DNA from: Flavobacteriaceae bacterium
GTDB lineage: Bacteria; Bacteroidota; Bacteroidia; Flavobacteriales; Weeksellaceae
Assembly (NCBI GenBank): GCA_031277475.1
Contig: JAITMJ010000067.1
Coordinates: forward strand, 2,107-66,106
Direction: 5' to 3'
Length of the DNA: 64,000 nt
A model generated the notes under the pieces. The model did no database searches, was not told the DNA's origin, and worked only from the letters and a program-made list of their open reading frames with translations. Every line of letters starts with the position of its first letter. Position 1 is the stretch's first letter. This document shows positions 1 to 10,236 of this stretch, in pieces. The translations under genes and the position numbers were made by a program.

Positions 1-164
1 TTCTCAATATTTGCCGGAACTCCGGCGCCGTAAGAATCCCCAACCAAAGCATTTCCGGAAGGCGGAGCGTGTTGAGATTTTTCATCAGAATTATGATCAT
101 GATCGTGCTGTGCAAACATGATTGCAGAAATTCCCAATGCGAATGTTAAAAATAGTTTTTTCAT
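1..164 (-). CDS. hypothetical secreted protein, N-terminal part only (gene runs off the left edge)
   Basis: ATG at 164 on the minus strand opens MKKLFLTFALGISAIMFAQHDHDHNSDEKSQHAPPSGNALVGDSYGAGVPANIE. This is a signal peptide followed by a His-rich stretch, and the frame stays open to the window edge. It is absent from the ORF track because it is truncated. Confidence 0.45.
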   Translation of the reverse strand, partial: MKKLFLTFALGISAIMFAQHDHDHNSDEKSQHAPPSGNALVGDSYGAGVPANIE

Positions 165-227
165 TTTTTTTGTTGTATTTATGGATTAATTATTTAAAGA
201 TTATCTTATTTTTAATATCAGTTCTTT

Positions 228-2372
228 TTACTGCTGTCCTTTATTGTAAACCTCAATTCGGAAATCTTCGATGTCTGCGTTGTCTTGCAGGCTTTTCATA
301 AAGTATTGTCCGAACATTTGGGAATTTTGCTGGGTCATGGTTTCCATAATGGATTTCACATCTCCCGGCTGTTTGTTGGTGTCGATAGATTTTCTTTGAA
401 CCACATAAACGCCCGCCATTCCTTCCACCGGATTGGAAATTTTGTTGTTTGCAACTCCGAAAGCGGCACCTGCAACTTTCGGTTCCATGGCTCCGGCAAT
501 TTGCGGATTTAATAAATTAATCTGTCCGGATTCTTTTGTGGCGGCGAAAAGTTTCGCGATTTGGTCGAGCGAAGTTGCTTTTGCCGAGGATATTTTTTCG
601 GAAATTTTCTTTGCCAAAAGTTGATTTTTCACGATGGGTTCTATTTGCTCTCGAACGCTTTCCGGATCGGCGGTTCCTGCTTCTTGGATTCCGTTCAGAA
701 AAACCACGATTTTTTCGCCGGTACCTTCAACGGTAAAGATTTCGGTGTCGCCTTTTTTTCTTTTTTTATCGAAAGCCCAAACAATCACATCATTGTCTTT
801 ATCGGTTCCCACTTGCGGAAGTTTGCCTTGAAATCTCATCACCGTTTTAGGATTTGAAAACGGATAATTGCTCTTTTTGGCAACATTAGAAAAATCGTTA
901 AAAGATTTTTTCTCAATTTGCTGTATAAATCTTGTGGCAGCCGTAGCAACGTCGTTTTCCGTTTTCTCAGAAGTTTTTATGGATTTTATAAGGTTTGCCA
1001 ATTTGTAACTCATCGTTCCGGATTTTTTATCATCAACTTTGATGATGTGATATCCGAATTGTGTTTCCGCCATTCCTACGGAACCTTTTGCATTGGAAGA
1101 TAAAAAATTCAAATAGCCTTGTGCGAATTGAGATTGCGGCGTTGTCCAACCTACGCTTCCGGCTCTTTCTACGGCATTCGGTTCATCGGAAAGTTTCAAA
1201 CCGTCCATAAATTTTGCAGGCTCGGTTTTTATGGTTGCCAACAAACTGTCTGCAATCTTTTTCGCTTGCTCTTTTGTTCTGGTCGCCGTTGAACGTTCCG
1301 CACCTTGATAAGCAATCAAAATATGACTTGAAAGTGTGGAATCCGAAGGTTTTTTATCTACAAGTTTAGTAACGATATAAAAATTTTGCTCTTTATACGG
1401 ACCAAAAACCTGACCGATATTTGCGGTTGGGATTTTATCTTTCACGCCTGCGGGAAGTTGATTTGCCGAAAAATATTGCGAATTGAAAGGCATATCCGAA
1501 TTTGCCGTTACGAAAAGAGAATCGTTGGCGGTGTTCGCAAAAGTTTCCTGTCCGCCGCCGATGTCCGTTCCTTCGGTCAAAAGTTTGTTGAGTTCTTGTT
1601 CGGTTTCGGCTTCGTCGGCAGCACTTGCTTTTGCCGGAAAATATACAATTCCGAGATTTCTTGATGCATCTGTCTTAAAATTTAGCGGATGTTTATTGAT
1701 GTAGTCCGCAAGATCTTGAGTAGTTACTTTCACCGGATTTTTTTTCTCGAAAGCGGCGTAATCTATTTTCACGAAATCAATGTTTGCCATTTGATCTCTT
1801 TGTTTTATCATTTCTTCCGCTTCTTTTTTATTGGCGGTAATTCCTGCGGCAATGCTTCCAAAAACCTGTCTTGCCATCATTCCGTATTCCATATTTCTTC
1901 TGGTTCTCAGCCAATTAGCGTAAGTATTTACATCTCCGCTATTTTGCAAATCCTCGACTTGTTTTTTGATTTCCTGCAATTTAAAATTTCCTTTTTCGTC
2001 GAAATTAGCGGGATTTTGCGAGAACGCCGGGTCGAATTGAACTTGGCTCCAAAAGAAATCGTCGTTCATTTTCAAACCGAGATTTTCAAATTGTTGTTTT
2101 ATTAATTTACTTCGAACCAAAATATTCCACGCCTGTTCTTCCAATCCGGTAGAAGGCTGACCTTGCTGTTCCGCCTGCTGTTGAAGCATCAAAAGTTGGT
2201 CGTTAAATTCTTCTCTCGTAATTTTTTCGCGATTCACTTTTCCGAAAACGCCCGGATTTTTCCCGAAGAATCTGTCTAAAGTATCTCCATCTACCAAAAA
2301 CGCCAAAAGCGCGACTGCGATTACCACTATCAAAAGTTTAGGTCTTTTTCTAATTTCTCCTAAAACTGCCAT
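228..2372 (-). CDS. periplasmic chaperone / peptidyl-prolyl cis-trans isomerase, PpiD-SurA family
   Basis: 714-aa ORF with an N-terminal membrane anchor (KLLIVVIAVALLAFLV), a long chaperone-like region and a parvulin-type segment (SHILIAY ... GWT ... FGYHIIKV). Confidence 0.85.
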   Translation of the reverse strand: MAVLGEIRKRPKLLIVVIAVALLAFLVDGDTLDRFFGKNPGVFGKVNREKITREEFNDQLLMLQQQAEQQGQPSTGLEEQAWNILVRSKLIKQQFENLGLKMNDDFFWSQVQFDPAFSQNPANFDEKGNFKLQEIKKQVEDLQNSGDVNTYANWLRTRRNMEYGMMARQVFGSIAAGITANKKEAEEMIKQRDQMANIDFVKIDYAAFEKKNPVKVTTQDLADYINKHPLNFKTDASRNLGIVYFPAKASAADEAETEQELNKLLTEGTDIGGGQETFANTANDSLFVTANSDMPFNSQYFSANQLPAGVKDKIPTANIGQVFGPYKEQNFYIVTKLVDKKPSDSTLSSHILIAYQGAERSTATRTKEQAKKIADSLLATIKTEPAKFMDGLKLSDEPNAVERAGSVGWTTPQSQFAQGYLNFLSSNAKGSVGMAETQFGYHIIKVDDKKSGTMSYKLANLIKSIKTSEKTENDVATAATRFIQQIEKKSFNDFSNVAKKSNYPFSNPKTVMRFQGKLPQVGTDKDNDVIVWAFDKKRKKGDTEIFTVEGTGEKIVVFLNGIQEAGTADPESVREQIEPIVKNQLLAKKISEKISSAKATSLDQIAKLFAATKESGQINLLNPQIAGAMEPKVAGAAFGVANNKISNPVEGMAGVYVVQRKSIDTNKQPGDVKSIMETMTQQNSQMFGQYFMKSLQDNADIEDFRIEVYNKGQQ

Positions 2373-2771
2373 TTTTTTTATTGTTTAATTATTATTAAAT
2401 ATCTCTTTAAAATCAGTCTGCGAAAATACACATTTTTGGGATATTAGAAAAATTTTTTTTAAGCGAGGTTTAGGGATTTCGAGTTATGAGTTTTGGGATT
2501 CGAAGTACAGATTACAAATTACGATTATTTCATTATCAAAATTTGTTTTGTCAAAAATATGAAAGACGAGATTTTCAAATTAATAAATTGCCAAATTTTC
2601 CGAAAAAAAATGCTGGCACAGGAATTGGGTTTTAAGCGATAAGCAATAAACGATAGGCTTACTGTAAATTAAGAATTAAAAATTAAAAATTAATAAAGCA
2701 TTTGGCTTATTGCATATTGCCTGAAGCCTAAAACCCAAATAAAAAACTGACAGAATGTCATATTTACCGTT

Positions 2772-5180
2772 ATGATTGAATTTGAAGATATAGATTTTGA
2801 AGATTTGTTGGACAAAAGTTTCAGCATCGTGGCAGAAGAAATTGATTTGACAGAAAAAGAAGAAGATAAAAAAAGAACCGACGGACAAAGCGTTTTCCCG
2901 ATTCTCCCCGTCAGAAATCTGGTGATGTTTCCAAGCGTCGTCATCCCGATAACCGCAGGAAGAGAACAAAGCAAACTGCTGCTGGAAGAAGCCCAGAGAA
3001 ACGGCGAACTCGTGGGAATTTTAAGCCAAAAAAATTCCGAAATAGAAAATCCGAAATATGCGGATTTGAACGAAATCGGAACCATCGTGAAAATCGTGAA
3101 AATCATTAAACTTCCGGACGGAAACGTAACGGCAATCGCACACGGAAGTTCGCGTTTTAAAATTGAAGAATTTGTTTCAAACAAACCTTATTTCAAAGCA
3201 AAAGTTCAAAAACTTGCAGACCTTCCCGCAAAAGACAAGGAAGAATACGAAGCCGTTTTAGACAATATCAAAGATTTGGCGTTGAAAATTATTCAGTTGG
3301 ATCCCACGATTCCGAATGCCGCAAGTTTCGCCATTACAAGTATGAGCAATCGGGACGATTTGTTGAATTTCATCTGTACCAATTCCAATTTTCCCGATGC
3401 CGATAAACAAAAACTTTTGGAGGCAAATAATCTTAAAGACCGTGCCGACAAATGCTATGAATTGATGCTCGACGATTTTCAAAAACTCGAACTCCGAAAT
3501 AAAATTCATCAAAAAACCAGTAAAGAACTCGATAAAAATCAGCGTGAATATTATCTGAATCAGCAGATTAGAAGCATTCAGGAAGAATTGGGAGACGGTC
3601 AGGCTTCCGATGTCGAGGAACTTTTAGCCAAAGCCAAAAATAAAAAATGGAACAAGGAAACCGACGACTATTTCCAAAAAGAAATCAAAAGACTTCAACG
3701 CCAAAATCCCAATTCGCCGGATTATAATGTTCATAGAAATTATTTGGATTTTTTCACGGATTTGCCGTGGCAAAAGTATTCCAAAGATGTTTTTGATATT
3801 GTGAGAGCCGAAAAAATTCTCAATAAAGACCACTTCGGTTTGGAAGATATTAAGAAAAGAATTTTGGAACATTTGGCAGTTTTGAAACTGAAAAAAGATA
3901 TGAAATCCCCGATTCTCCTTTTTGTGGGACCTCCGGGCGTGGGAAAAACTTCTCTCGGAAAATCTGTTGCCAATGCACTCGGCAGAAAATATATGCGTAT
4001 TTCTTTGGGCGGACTTCACGATGAAAGCGAAATCCGCGGACACCGAAAAACCTACATCGGAGCGATGGCAGGAAGAATTTTGCAGAGCATAAAAAAAACG
4101 GGAACTTCCAATCCGGTGATTGTTTTAGACGAAATCGACAAAGTTGGAAATGGTTTTCACGGAGATCCGAGTTCCGCGCTTTTGGAAGTTCTCGACCCGG
4201 AACAAAATTCATCTTTCTACGACAACTATTTGGAAATCGGCTACGATCTTTCCAAAGTGCTGTTCATCGCTACCGCCAATTCGCTTTCCACCATTCAATC
4301 GCCGCTTTTGGACAGAATGGAAATCATACAAATTGCGGGTTATACTTTGGAAGAAAAAATTGAAATCGCCAAGCGGCACCTCATCAAAAAACAACAAAAC
4401 GAAAACGGACAAAATTCCAAATCTTTCAAACTCGGAGATGTCGAATTGAAGCACATCATCGAAGCCCACACTTCGGAAAGCGGCGTGCGAGGTTTGGAAA
4501 AAAACATCGCTTCGATTGCGCGCTGGGCGGCACTTCAAATTGCGACCGGAAAAACGTATGATTCCAAAATTTCCATCGAAAAAATTGATGAAATTCTGGG
4601 TGTTCCGCGACCGAAAAATCTCGCCGAAATCACGTCGGTTCCGGGTGTAGTTACCGGTTTGGCGTGGACGAGCGTGGGCGGCGACATTCTCTTTATCGAA
4701 AGCATCATCAGTAACGGAAAAGGAAATCTCAGCATCACCGGAAATCTCGGAAATGTGATGAAAGAATCTGCAACCATCGCTTTGGAATACATCAAAGCGA
4801 AACATAAAGAACTCGGCATTGATGCTAAAGAATTGGAAAAGAAAAACCTCCACGTTCACGTTCCGGAAGGTGCCACTCCGAAAGACGGTCCGTCTGCCGG
4901 AATTGCGATGCTGACCTCTATGGTTTCGAGCTTCAGGAATAAAAAAATAAAACCTCATTTGGCGATGACGGGCGAAATTACGCTTCGCGGAAAAGTATTG
5001 CCTGTGGGCGGAATTAAAGAAAAATTGCTTGCCGCGAACAGAGCCGGAATCAAAGAAGTAATCCTTTGCGAAGCCAACCGAAAAGATGTGGAAGAAATTA
5101 AAAAAGATTATCTTAAAAACCTGAAAATCAGTTATGTAAGCCGAATGAACGAAGTGATAGATTTGGCGATTGAGAAATAG
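2772..5180 (+). CDS. lon: ATP-dependent Lon protease (endopeptidase La)
   Basis: 802 aa with a Lon N-domain, Walker A GPPGVGKTS, Walker B VIVLDEIDK, catalytic Ser context PKDGPSAGIAM and GGIKEKLLAA downstream. Confidence 0.97.
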   Translation: MIEFEDIDFEDLLDKSFSIVAEEIDLTEKEEDKKRTDGQSVFPILPVRNLVMFPSVVIPITAGREQSKLLLEEAQRNGELVGILSQKNSEIENPKYADLNEIGTIVKIVKIIKLPDGNVTAIAHGSSRFKIEEFVSNKPYFKAKVQKLADLPAKDKEEYEAVLDNIKDLALKIIQLDPTIPNAASFAITSMSNRDDLLNFICTNSNFPDADKQKLLEANNLKDRADKCYELMLDDFQKLELRNKIHQKTSKELDKNQREYYLNQQIRSIQEELGDGQASDVEELLAKAKNKKWNKETDDYFQKEIKRLQRQNPNSPDYNVHRNYLDFFTDLPWQKYSKDVFDIVRAEKILNKDHFGLEDIKKRILEHLAVLKLKKDMKSPILLFVGPPGVGKTSLGKSVANALGRKYMRISLGGLHDESEIRGHRKTYIGAMAGRILQSIKKTGTSNPVIVLDEIDKVGNGFHGDPSSALLEVLDPEQNSSFYDNYLEIGYDLSKVLFIATANSLSTIQSPLLDRMEIIQIAGYTLEEKIEIAKRHLIKKQQNENGQNSKSFKLGDVELKHIIEAHTSESGVRGLEKNIASIARWAALQIATGKTYDSKISIEKIDEILGVPRPKNLAEITSVPGVVTGLAWTSVGGDILFIESIISNGKGNLSITGNLGNVMKESATIALEYIKAKHKELGIDAKELEKKNLHVHVPEGATPKDGPSAGIAMLTSMVSSFRNKKIKPHLAMTGEITLRGKVLPVGGIKEKLLAANRAGIKEVILCEANRKDVEEIKKDYLKNLKISYVSRMNEVIDLAIEK

Positions 5181-5304
5181 GTTGGCGAATGACTTTTGGT
5201 TTTTGGTGATTGACTTTGTAAAAATACTTTGATATTGAAATGCCAAAACTTTAATAATTCATTAGAATTTTTGAATTTACAAAACATAAGAATATTATAG
5301 AACA

Positions 5305-5865
5305 ATGAAAAACTACTGGAACGCAGCCATCACTTTTGATGAGTATTTAAAAGAAGCCGAACTCAGAACACAATTGCAAAATCCTGAAGATGAGCATAAT
5401 GAATATTATGAACTCGGTTTGCAAAGAATGAACAGAACGTTGAAAACAGTTAAAATTGACGAAAAACAATTGGAAATTTTAAAGACCAAAAAATTTCACG
5501 GGAAAATTTTGATTATTTCCGAACCCTGGTGTGGTGATGCAAGTGCTACAGTTCCTGCGGTTGTAAAGTTTTTTGAATCTGCCGGAATTGAAACGAGAAT
5601 TTTTTTGAGAGACTCCGATGTTTCGTTGATTAATCAATTTTTAACGGACGGTGCGCAATCCGTTCCGAAAGTTTTAATTCTGAACGAAGATTTTTCCGTG
5701 AAAAATTCTTGGGGACCGAGACCAAAATACGGTTCTGAACTTTTAAGAAAATTCAAAGAAAATCCGGAAACCTATCCGCGCGAAGACTTTTATAATGATC
5801 TTCAAGTTTATTACGCCAAAAATCGCGGAAAAGATGCAGTGGATGAACTTTTGGAATTGATTTAG
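5305..5865 (+). CDS. thioredoxin-fold family protein
   Basis: 186 aa. The WCGD motif in LIISEPWCGDASATVP is typical of thioredoxin-like proteins in Bacteroidota. Confidence 0.75.
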   Translation: MKNYWNAAITFDEYLKEAELRTQLQNPEDEHNEYYELGLQRMNRTLKTVKIDEKQLEILKTKKFHGKILIISEPWCGDASATVPAVVKFFESAGIETRIFLRDSDVSLINQFLTDGAQSVPKVLILNEDFSVKNSWGPRPKYGSELLRKFKENPETYPREDFYNDLQVYYAKNRGKDAVDELLELI

Positions 5866-6100
5866 ATTCGGATTTTGAAAACATGTCAATTAAAATATTG
5901 TGTTTTTATGTTAAAAATCAATTTTTACGAGTGATATTTTTAAATAAAAAGAAGTGTATTTGTATGAATAAAAATTATTTTCGTATAAAATTTGAAATTG
6001 TTTCAATTTCAAAAAAAATTGATTTTCAGTGACTTATGAATTTAAAATCCGATATCACTAATTTTGAAACATAACTATTTTTAATTATCTCCTCACCAAA

Positions 6101-7273
6101 TTAATTCCCCGTTTTCCTCCGTTTCAATTCTTTTCTAATCATCGAAAGTTCACGACCGGTTTGTCCGGACACGGAAGTATTTTCCTCCGCTCGCCGCGTG
6201 AGATACGGCACCACATCTTTCACAGGACCGTACGGCAAATATTTGGTAACGTTGTAATTTTTTTCGGCGAGATAAAACGTGATATTGTCGCTCATCCCGA
6301 AAAGTTGCCCGAAATAAACGTGCGGATGTCGGTTTTCCAAATTCAGGGATTTCATTTTTTCAATCGCAAATTCCACGGATTCTTCATTGTGTGTCCCGAA
6401 AAACGATGAAATTCGGTCGATATTATTCAATACAAATTCTATTGCATGATTAAAATTATCGTCCGTTGCTTGTTTATTCGGCTGAATCGGGTCGGGATAA
6501 TTCATTTTTTCCGCTCGCTCGCGTTCTTTTTCCATATACGCACCACGAACGAATTTGTAGCCGAGAAAATAATTTTTTTCTTTCGCGCGTTTCAAATCTT
6601 CTTCCAAATATTCCATTCTTTCGGTTCTGTACATCTGAACGGTGTTCCAAATCACGGCTTTTTCCTTGTTGTATTTTTCCATCATTCCGTTAACCAATTC
6701 ATCCACAGGATTTTGCATCCACGTTTCTTCCGCATCTATCATCAGTACTACATTTTTTTCATACGCCAATCGGCAAACTTCTTCATAACGTTTCACCACA
6801 TTTTCCCATTCGGTTTTTTCGTTTGGAGATAATTCTTTTTTGGCTTGAACATCGGCATAAAGATTCAATCTTCCGAAGCCCGTCGGTTTGAAAACCACAA
6901 ACGGAATAGCAGGATTTCCTTCGGCAAATTCTATGTTTTTCTTGATTTCATCGCAGGTTTGGTCGAACATTTTTTCGTCTTCTTTTCCTTCGATGGCATA
7001 ATCAAAAATACTTCCGACACCACGTTTAAAAAGTTGATTGACGACTTTCATACTTTCCTCGCGAGTTTCACCGCCGACGAACTGTTCGAACAGCGTGTTT
7101 TTCACAATTCGGGCAGCGAAAGGACATCGGTTTCGCACCGTAAAATTAAGGATGGAAATTCCGATTTTGGTCAAAGTCGGGCTTTCAATCATTTTGAACA
7201 TTCGGAGTGCTTTTTTCAGTTGAGCATCGGATTTATCGGCAAAAGCGATTTTGGAATCATTAAATACAGACAT
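6101..7273 (-). CDS. proline dehydrogenase family protein
   Basis: PRODH-like blocks are present (FDYAIEGKEDE, LMIDAEETWMQ, YLPYGPVKDVVPYLTRRAEENTS). I prefer the ATG at 7273 (MSVFNDSK) over the track start at 7306. Confidence 0.85.
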   Translation of the reverse strand: MSVFNDSKIAFADKSDAQLKKALRMFKMIESPTLTKIGISILNFTVRNRCPFAARIVKNTLFEQFVGGETREESMKVVNQLFKRGVGSIFDYAIEGKEDEKMFDQTCDEIKKNIEFAEGNPAIPFVVFKPTGFGRLNLYADVQAKKELSPNEKTEWENVVKRYEEVCRLAYEKNVVLMIDAEETWMQNPVDELVNGMMEKYNKEKAVIWNTVQMYRTERMEYLEEDLKRAKEKNYFLGYKFVRGAYMEKERERAEKMNYPDPIQPNKQATDDNFNHAIEFVLNNIDRISSFFGTHNEESVEFAIEKMKSLNLENRHPHVYFGQLFGMSDNITFYLAEKNYNVTKYLPYGPVKDVVPYLTRRAEENTSVSGQTGRELSMIRKELKRRKTGN

Positions 7274-7523
7274 TTTAAATTCAAAGTTTAAAAATTCAAG
7301 GTTCAAGGTTCAAAAATTCAAAGCTCATCTCGGCTTTAAGGACGAGACAAAGATTCAAAGTTCAAGGCTTCGACAGGCTCAGGATGACATTGCTCAGCCA
7401 AAAGCCAAATTCAAGGTCTAATGAACTCTACAAATTTACTAATACTTTTCAAGATTGACGAAATTTAACTTGAGTAATTTGTCAAATTTTGGAGACAAGA
7501 CAAAAGTATTTCAATTTCAAAAA

Positions 7524-9446
7524 TCACCAACCGCCGCCGCCGCCGCCTCCACCGCCGCCGCCGGAAAATCCACCGCCGCCGGAACCGCTTCCGGAACTCG
7601 ATGGTTGCGTGGATGCAGATTGTATGGATTGCGTCAAACCGGAATTGAGCGCGCTTCCGAAAGCGTAGAAATTCATATAATTTCCGGTTCCCGCGTACCA
7701 ATCGCCGGAATAGTTTGTGGAAGTTTGTTTCAACATCGTTTCAAATTTTTTGCCCCAAATCGCGTCCACGCCTAAAACCATTGCAAACGGAAGGAATGTT
7801 TCAAAAATTTTCGGCGTCATTTGCGGCGGATTGTGAAATTTTAATAATTGATTTTCAGCCGCGCCCATATACATTTCCAAACCTTCGATTAAAGATTGTT
7901 TGCGGAGTTTTTCTTCGGACGGACGTTTGATTAAATATTGATAAAACATCAGCGAAAGCACAGAAACTGCAATAAAAACATAGCAAATTCCAAAGTTTCT
8001 ATTAAGTGTCAATTCACTGATTCCGGAAAAATTTGAAGCCGTGAAAACATTGGTTAAGATAAAGAAAAGCGCAATTCCCGAAAACATAAATACCTTCCAC
8101 GAAAGTTGGAAATTTGCGGCTACGAAAGTGATAATCGCAAAAAATATCATTAAAACCACGTACAAAAAAATTCCGATAAAAACTTGAATAAAATCCGGAT
8201 ATTTCGCATAACTGAACAGCAATCCGATAGCATAAATCGCGGTGATTAAAAGAAATGGAAGCCAAATTTTCACTCGATTGTTGCCTTCGTTTAAAAAATT
8301 ATCGTATTGATATTGCAAATTTGCCCGAAAAGAATTGACGGTTTTTTCGATTTTAGAATCGTATTCTCCACTAAATTCCACGCTTGTGTTGCCTCCGGAA
8401 AACAGATTATTCATCAATCCGACTTCTTCTTTTGCCAAAGATTCGTCGGGTTCTTTCGTTTTTTTGACGGTAAAAATTTTTGTGGATGAAATCCCGAGAA
8501 ATCCTTTTTCTTCCGTTTCGATAATTTTCACAAAGCCTTTCACAGCGAGGTTTACGAGAGAAGCCGTCAACATATTATTTTGAAATCTTTCGGTTTTAAT
8601 GTAGCCGATGGAAGCGGGAGAAAGATTTTCCGGCGAATTGAACTGCGGATAAACCGTTGGTTTCTGCGGATCTACGCCGTATTTTTGCCAAGTTACGAAA
8701 TAATATCCGAACAAAAACAGAAACACGAGAAATCCGGCGATTAAAATTCCGTATTTTTCCATAAAACTCGGCGGCGGCGGCGGAATCATAATTCCTTTTT
8801 TGAAACCGACCGCAATCGTGAGATTTTCTCTCGAATAAAGATTTGAAGCCGACCATTCTATCTCGTTTTCAGACAGAATTTTGGATTCGCAATTTTGGGA
8901 AGCACTTCCGTAATTTCCTGTATAACATTGATTTTGAATAATTTGTGAGCCTTTCGGAAGATGAACGGTTGCCGAAATATTTTCTGTCAGGAAAGTCCAT
9001 TGGGATCCATTCACGTTCCAATACAATTCATCGTATTTTTCAAAAAAACCGATTTGATTTTCGGTTTTGTATTTTATTTGATAATCGTAGTTGCCAGGTT
9101 GAAGGAAAATATTTTCGTTTCCGATATAAATATAGTAGAACCCGTTGGCAATTTTGGTGTGATATTTTTCTTCGATTCCGTTTTTGGAAATGGAAATAAT
9201 ATCGTATTTCACGCGAAATTTCCTATTGTCCACGTTTCTTTCCAAAGGCAAAGCGCGAAAAATTCCTCTTTGAATTTGCTCCGAATTGCTGTAAACTTCG
9301 ATGTTTTCTGTAACCGTGAGTTCGGAATTTCTGTCCACAAAAATATCGGAATGAAAGGAAATAATGCGCTCGTCAAACCGTTCGGGAGTTTGCGAAAATC
9401 CTTTTGAAAAGAAAAGAATTAAAATGACGGATAGAAAATGTTTCAT
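7524..9446 (-). CDS. DUF2207 domain-containing membrane protein
   Basis: 640 aa with a signal peptide, an extracytoplasmic N-domain, several TM helices, and a Gly-rich C-terminal tail (SGSGSGGGGFSGGGGGGGGGGGW) characteristic of this family. Confidence 0.8.
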   Translation of the reverse strand: MKHFLSVILILFFSKGFSQTPERFDERIISFHSDIFVDRNSELTVTENIEVYSNSEQIQRGIFRALPLERNVDNRKFRVKYDIISISKNGIEEKYHTKIANGFYYIYIGNENIFLQPGNYDYQIKYKTENQIGFFEKYDELYWNVNGSQWTFLTENISATVHLPKGSQIIQNQCYTGNYGSASQNCESKILSENEIEWSASNLYSRENLTIAVGFKKGIMIPPPPPSFMEKYGILIAGFLVFLFLFGYYFVTWQKYGVDPQKPTVYPQFNSPENLSPASIGYIKTERFQNNMLTASLVNLAVKGFVKIIETEEKGFLGISSTKIFTVKKTKEPDESLAKEEVGLMNNLFSGGNTSVEFSGEYDSKIEKTVNSFRANLQYQYDNFLNEGNNRVKIWLPFLLITAIYAIGLLFSYAKYPDFIQVFIGIFLYVVLMIFFAIITFVAANFQLSWKVFMFSGIALFFILTNVFTASNFSGISELTLNRNFGICYVFIAVSVLSLMFYQYLIKRPSEEKLRKQSLIEGLEMYMGAAENQLLKFHNPPQMTPKIFETFLPFAMVLGVDAIWGKKFETMLKQTSTNYSGDWYAGTGNYMNFYAFGSALNSGLTQSIQSASTQPSSSGSGSGGGGFSGGGGGGGGGGGW

Positions 9447-9475
9447 TGTTTTTTAGGGTTTAGTTAATGTTTGTT

Positions 9476-9880
9476 TCAGCACATCCAATATTTTTTGTTT
9501 TTAAAATCAATAATTGCGGGTCCGTCTGTGCAACCTCCGATTTCATCTAATAGAGTGTCAGACGAATTTTGGGCGATAATCCACTCGCCGGTTTTGTGTT
9601 TCATGATTTTTCCTTCGTCGATGATTTCGCCTTTTTTTATTTCGCCGTCATAAATTATTTTAATAAAATCGCCGTTTATAACGACTGTTACTTTTTCATC
9701 CATTGAATTTTCTTCCCATTCCGCAAATGCAACGTCGGAACGATAAGTTCCGTCCGGCGGAATTTCGTTTGATTTTTCCGGATAGATAATTTCTTTACCT
9801 AAAATTTCGTTTGATGTTACTGTTTTGTTTGAACAGGAAAGTAGAAAAATTATGGTTGATAAATATAATAACTGCTTCAT
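9476..9880 (-). CDS. hypothetical lipoprotein
   Basis: The internal ATG at 9880 gives MKQLLYLSTIIFLLSCSNK, a lipoprotein signal with a lipobox Cys. The upstream part of the track ORF lacks coding character. Confidence 0.6.
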   Translation of the reverse strand: MKQLLYLSTIIFLLSCSNKTVTSNEILGKEIIYPEKSNEIPPDGTYRSDVAFAEWEENSMDEKVTVVINGDFIKIIYDGEIKKGEIIDEGKIMKHKTGEWIIAQNSSDTLLDEIGGCTDGPAIIDFKNKKYWMC

Positions 9881-10213
9881 TTTAGTTTTGACTTTTTCCA
9901 AGGTTTTTATTAATACTTTTGAATATCCACAATTAAATATTAAAACAAGAATTTTCCGACCAATATGGTGATAAAGTATTCTCTTCGTGTGTAGGTTAAC
10001 CGTTTCTTTGATAGCCGGATTTTTTTCTCCAACGAACCACACTGCATAGTTTCAATACCGCAAAATTGTTGTCCATCAATCACCAAGAACATCGTAATTA
10101 TTGGTGATTTTTCCATTAAGATTAAAATTTAAAAAATTTTAGTAAAATTAAAGAAATATTTTTTATCTTATTTTTTTAATGAGAGATTAAATCTCACGCA
10201 TTTACCCTGTTAT

Positions 10214-10229
10214 TGTTTCACGTGAAACA
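10214..10229. promoter_or_regulatory. parS (ParB/Spo0J binding site), perfect 16-bp palindrome TGTTTCACGTGAAACA
   Basis: Exact match to the canonical parS consensus TGTTNCACGTGAAACA. It lies 8 bp downstream of the mnmG stop. Confidence 0.8.
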
Positions 10230-10236
10230 TTTTAGA

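Noticed and set aside
2614-2628. Sigma-54-like element TGGCAC-AGGAA-TTGG about 145 nt upstream of lon
   Set aside because: The -24 half is perfect, but the -12 half reads TTGG instead of TTGC, so the invariant GC is lost. The distance to lon is long and there is no supporting context. It is most likely a chance match.
4209-5246. 345-aa ORF antisense to lon, and similar long antisense ORFs at 36655-37359, 43603-44412, 55016-55666, 60263-61120, 26029-26577 and 3624-4043
   Set aside because: All lie entirely within, and opposite to, genes with strong recognisable homology. Their translations are F/R/K-rich, low-complexity shadows typical of antisense frames in AT-rich genomes.
7524-7610. (GCC)n-rich tract encoding the poly-Gly tail of the DUF2207 protein as a possible phase-variation switch
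   Set aside because: Gly-rich C-terminal tails are a normal feature of this family. The tract is interrupted (GCC/TCC/ACC mix) rather than a pure slippage-prone repeat.
9881-10042. N-terminal extensions of track ORFs (also 31979-32110, 23214-23288, 33064-33114, 13773-13829, 16109-16129, 54374-54424, 59496-59525, 60062-60088, 7274-7306)
   Set aside because: Internal ATGs give canonical signal peptides or conserved N-termini, or remove overlaps. The extensions start at rare codons or lack coding character.
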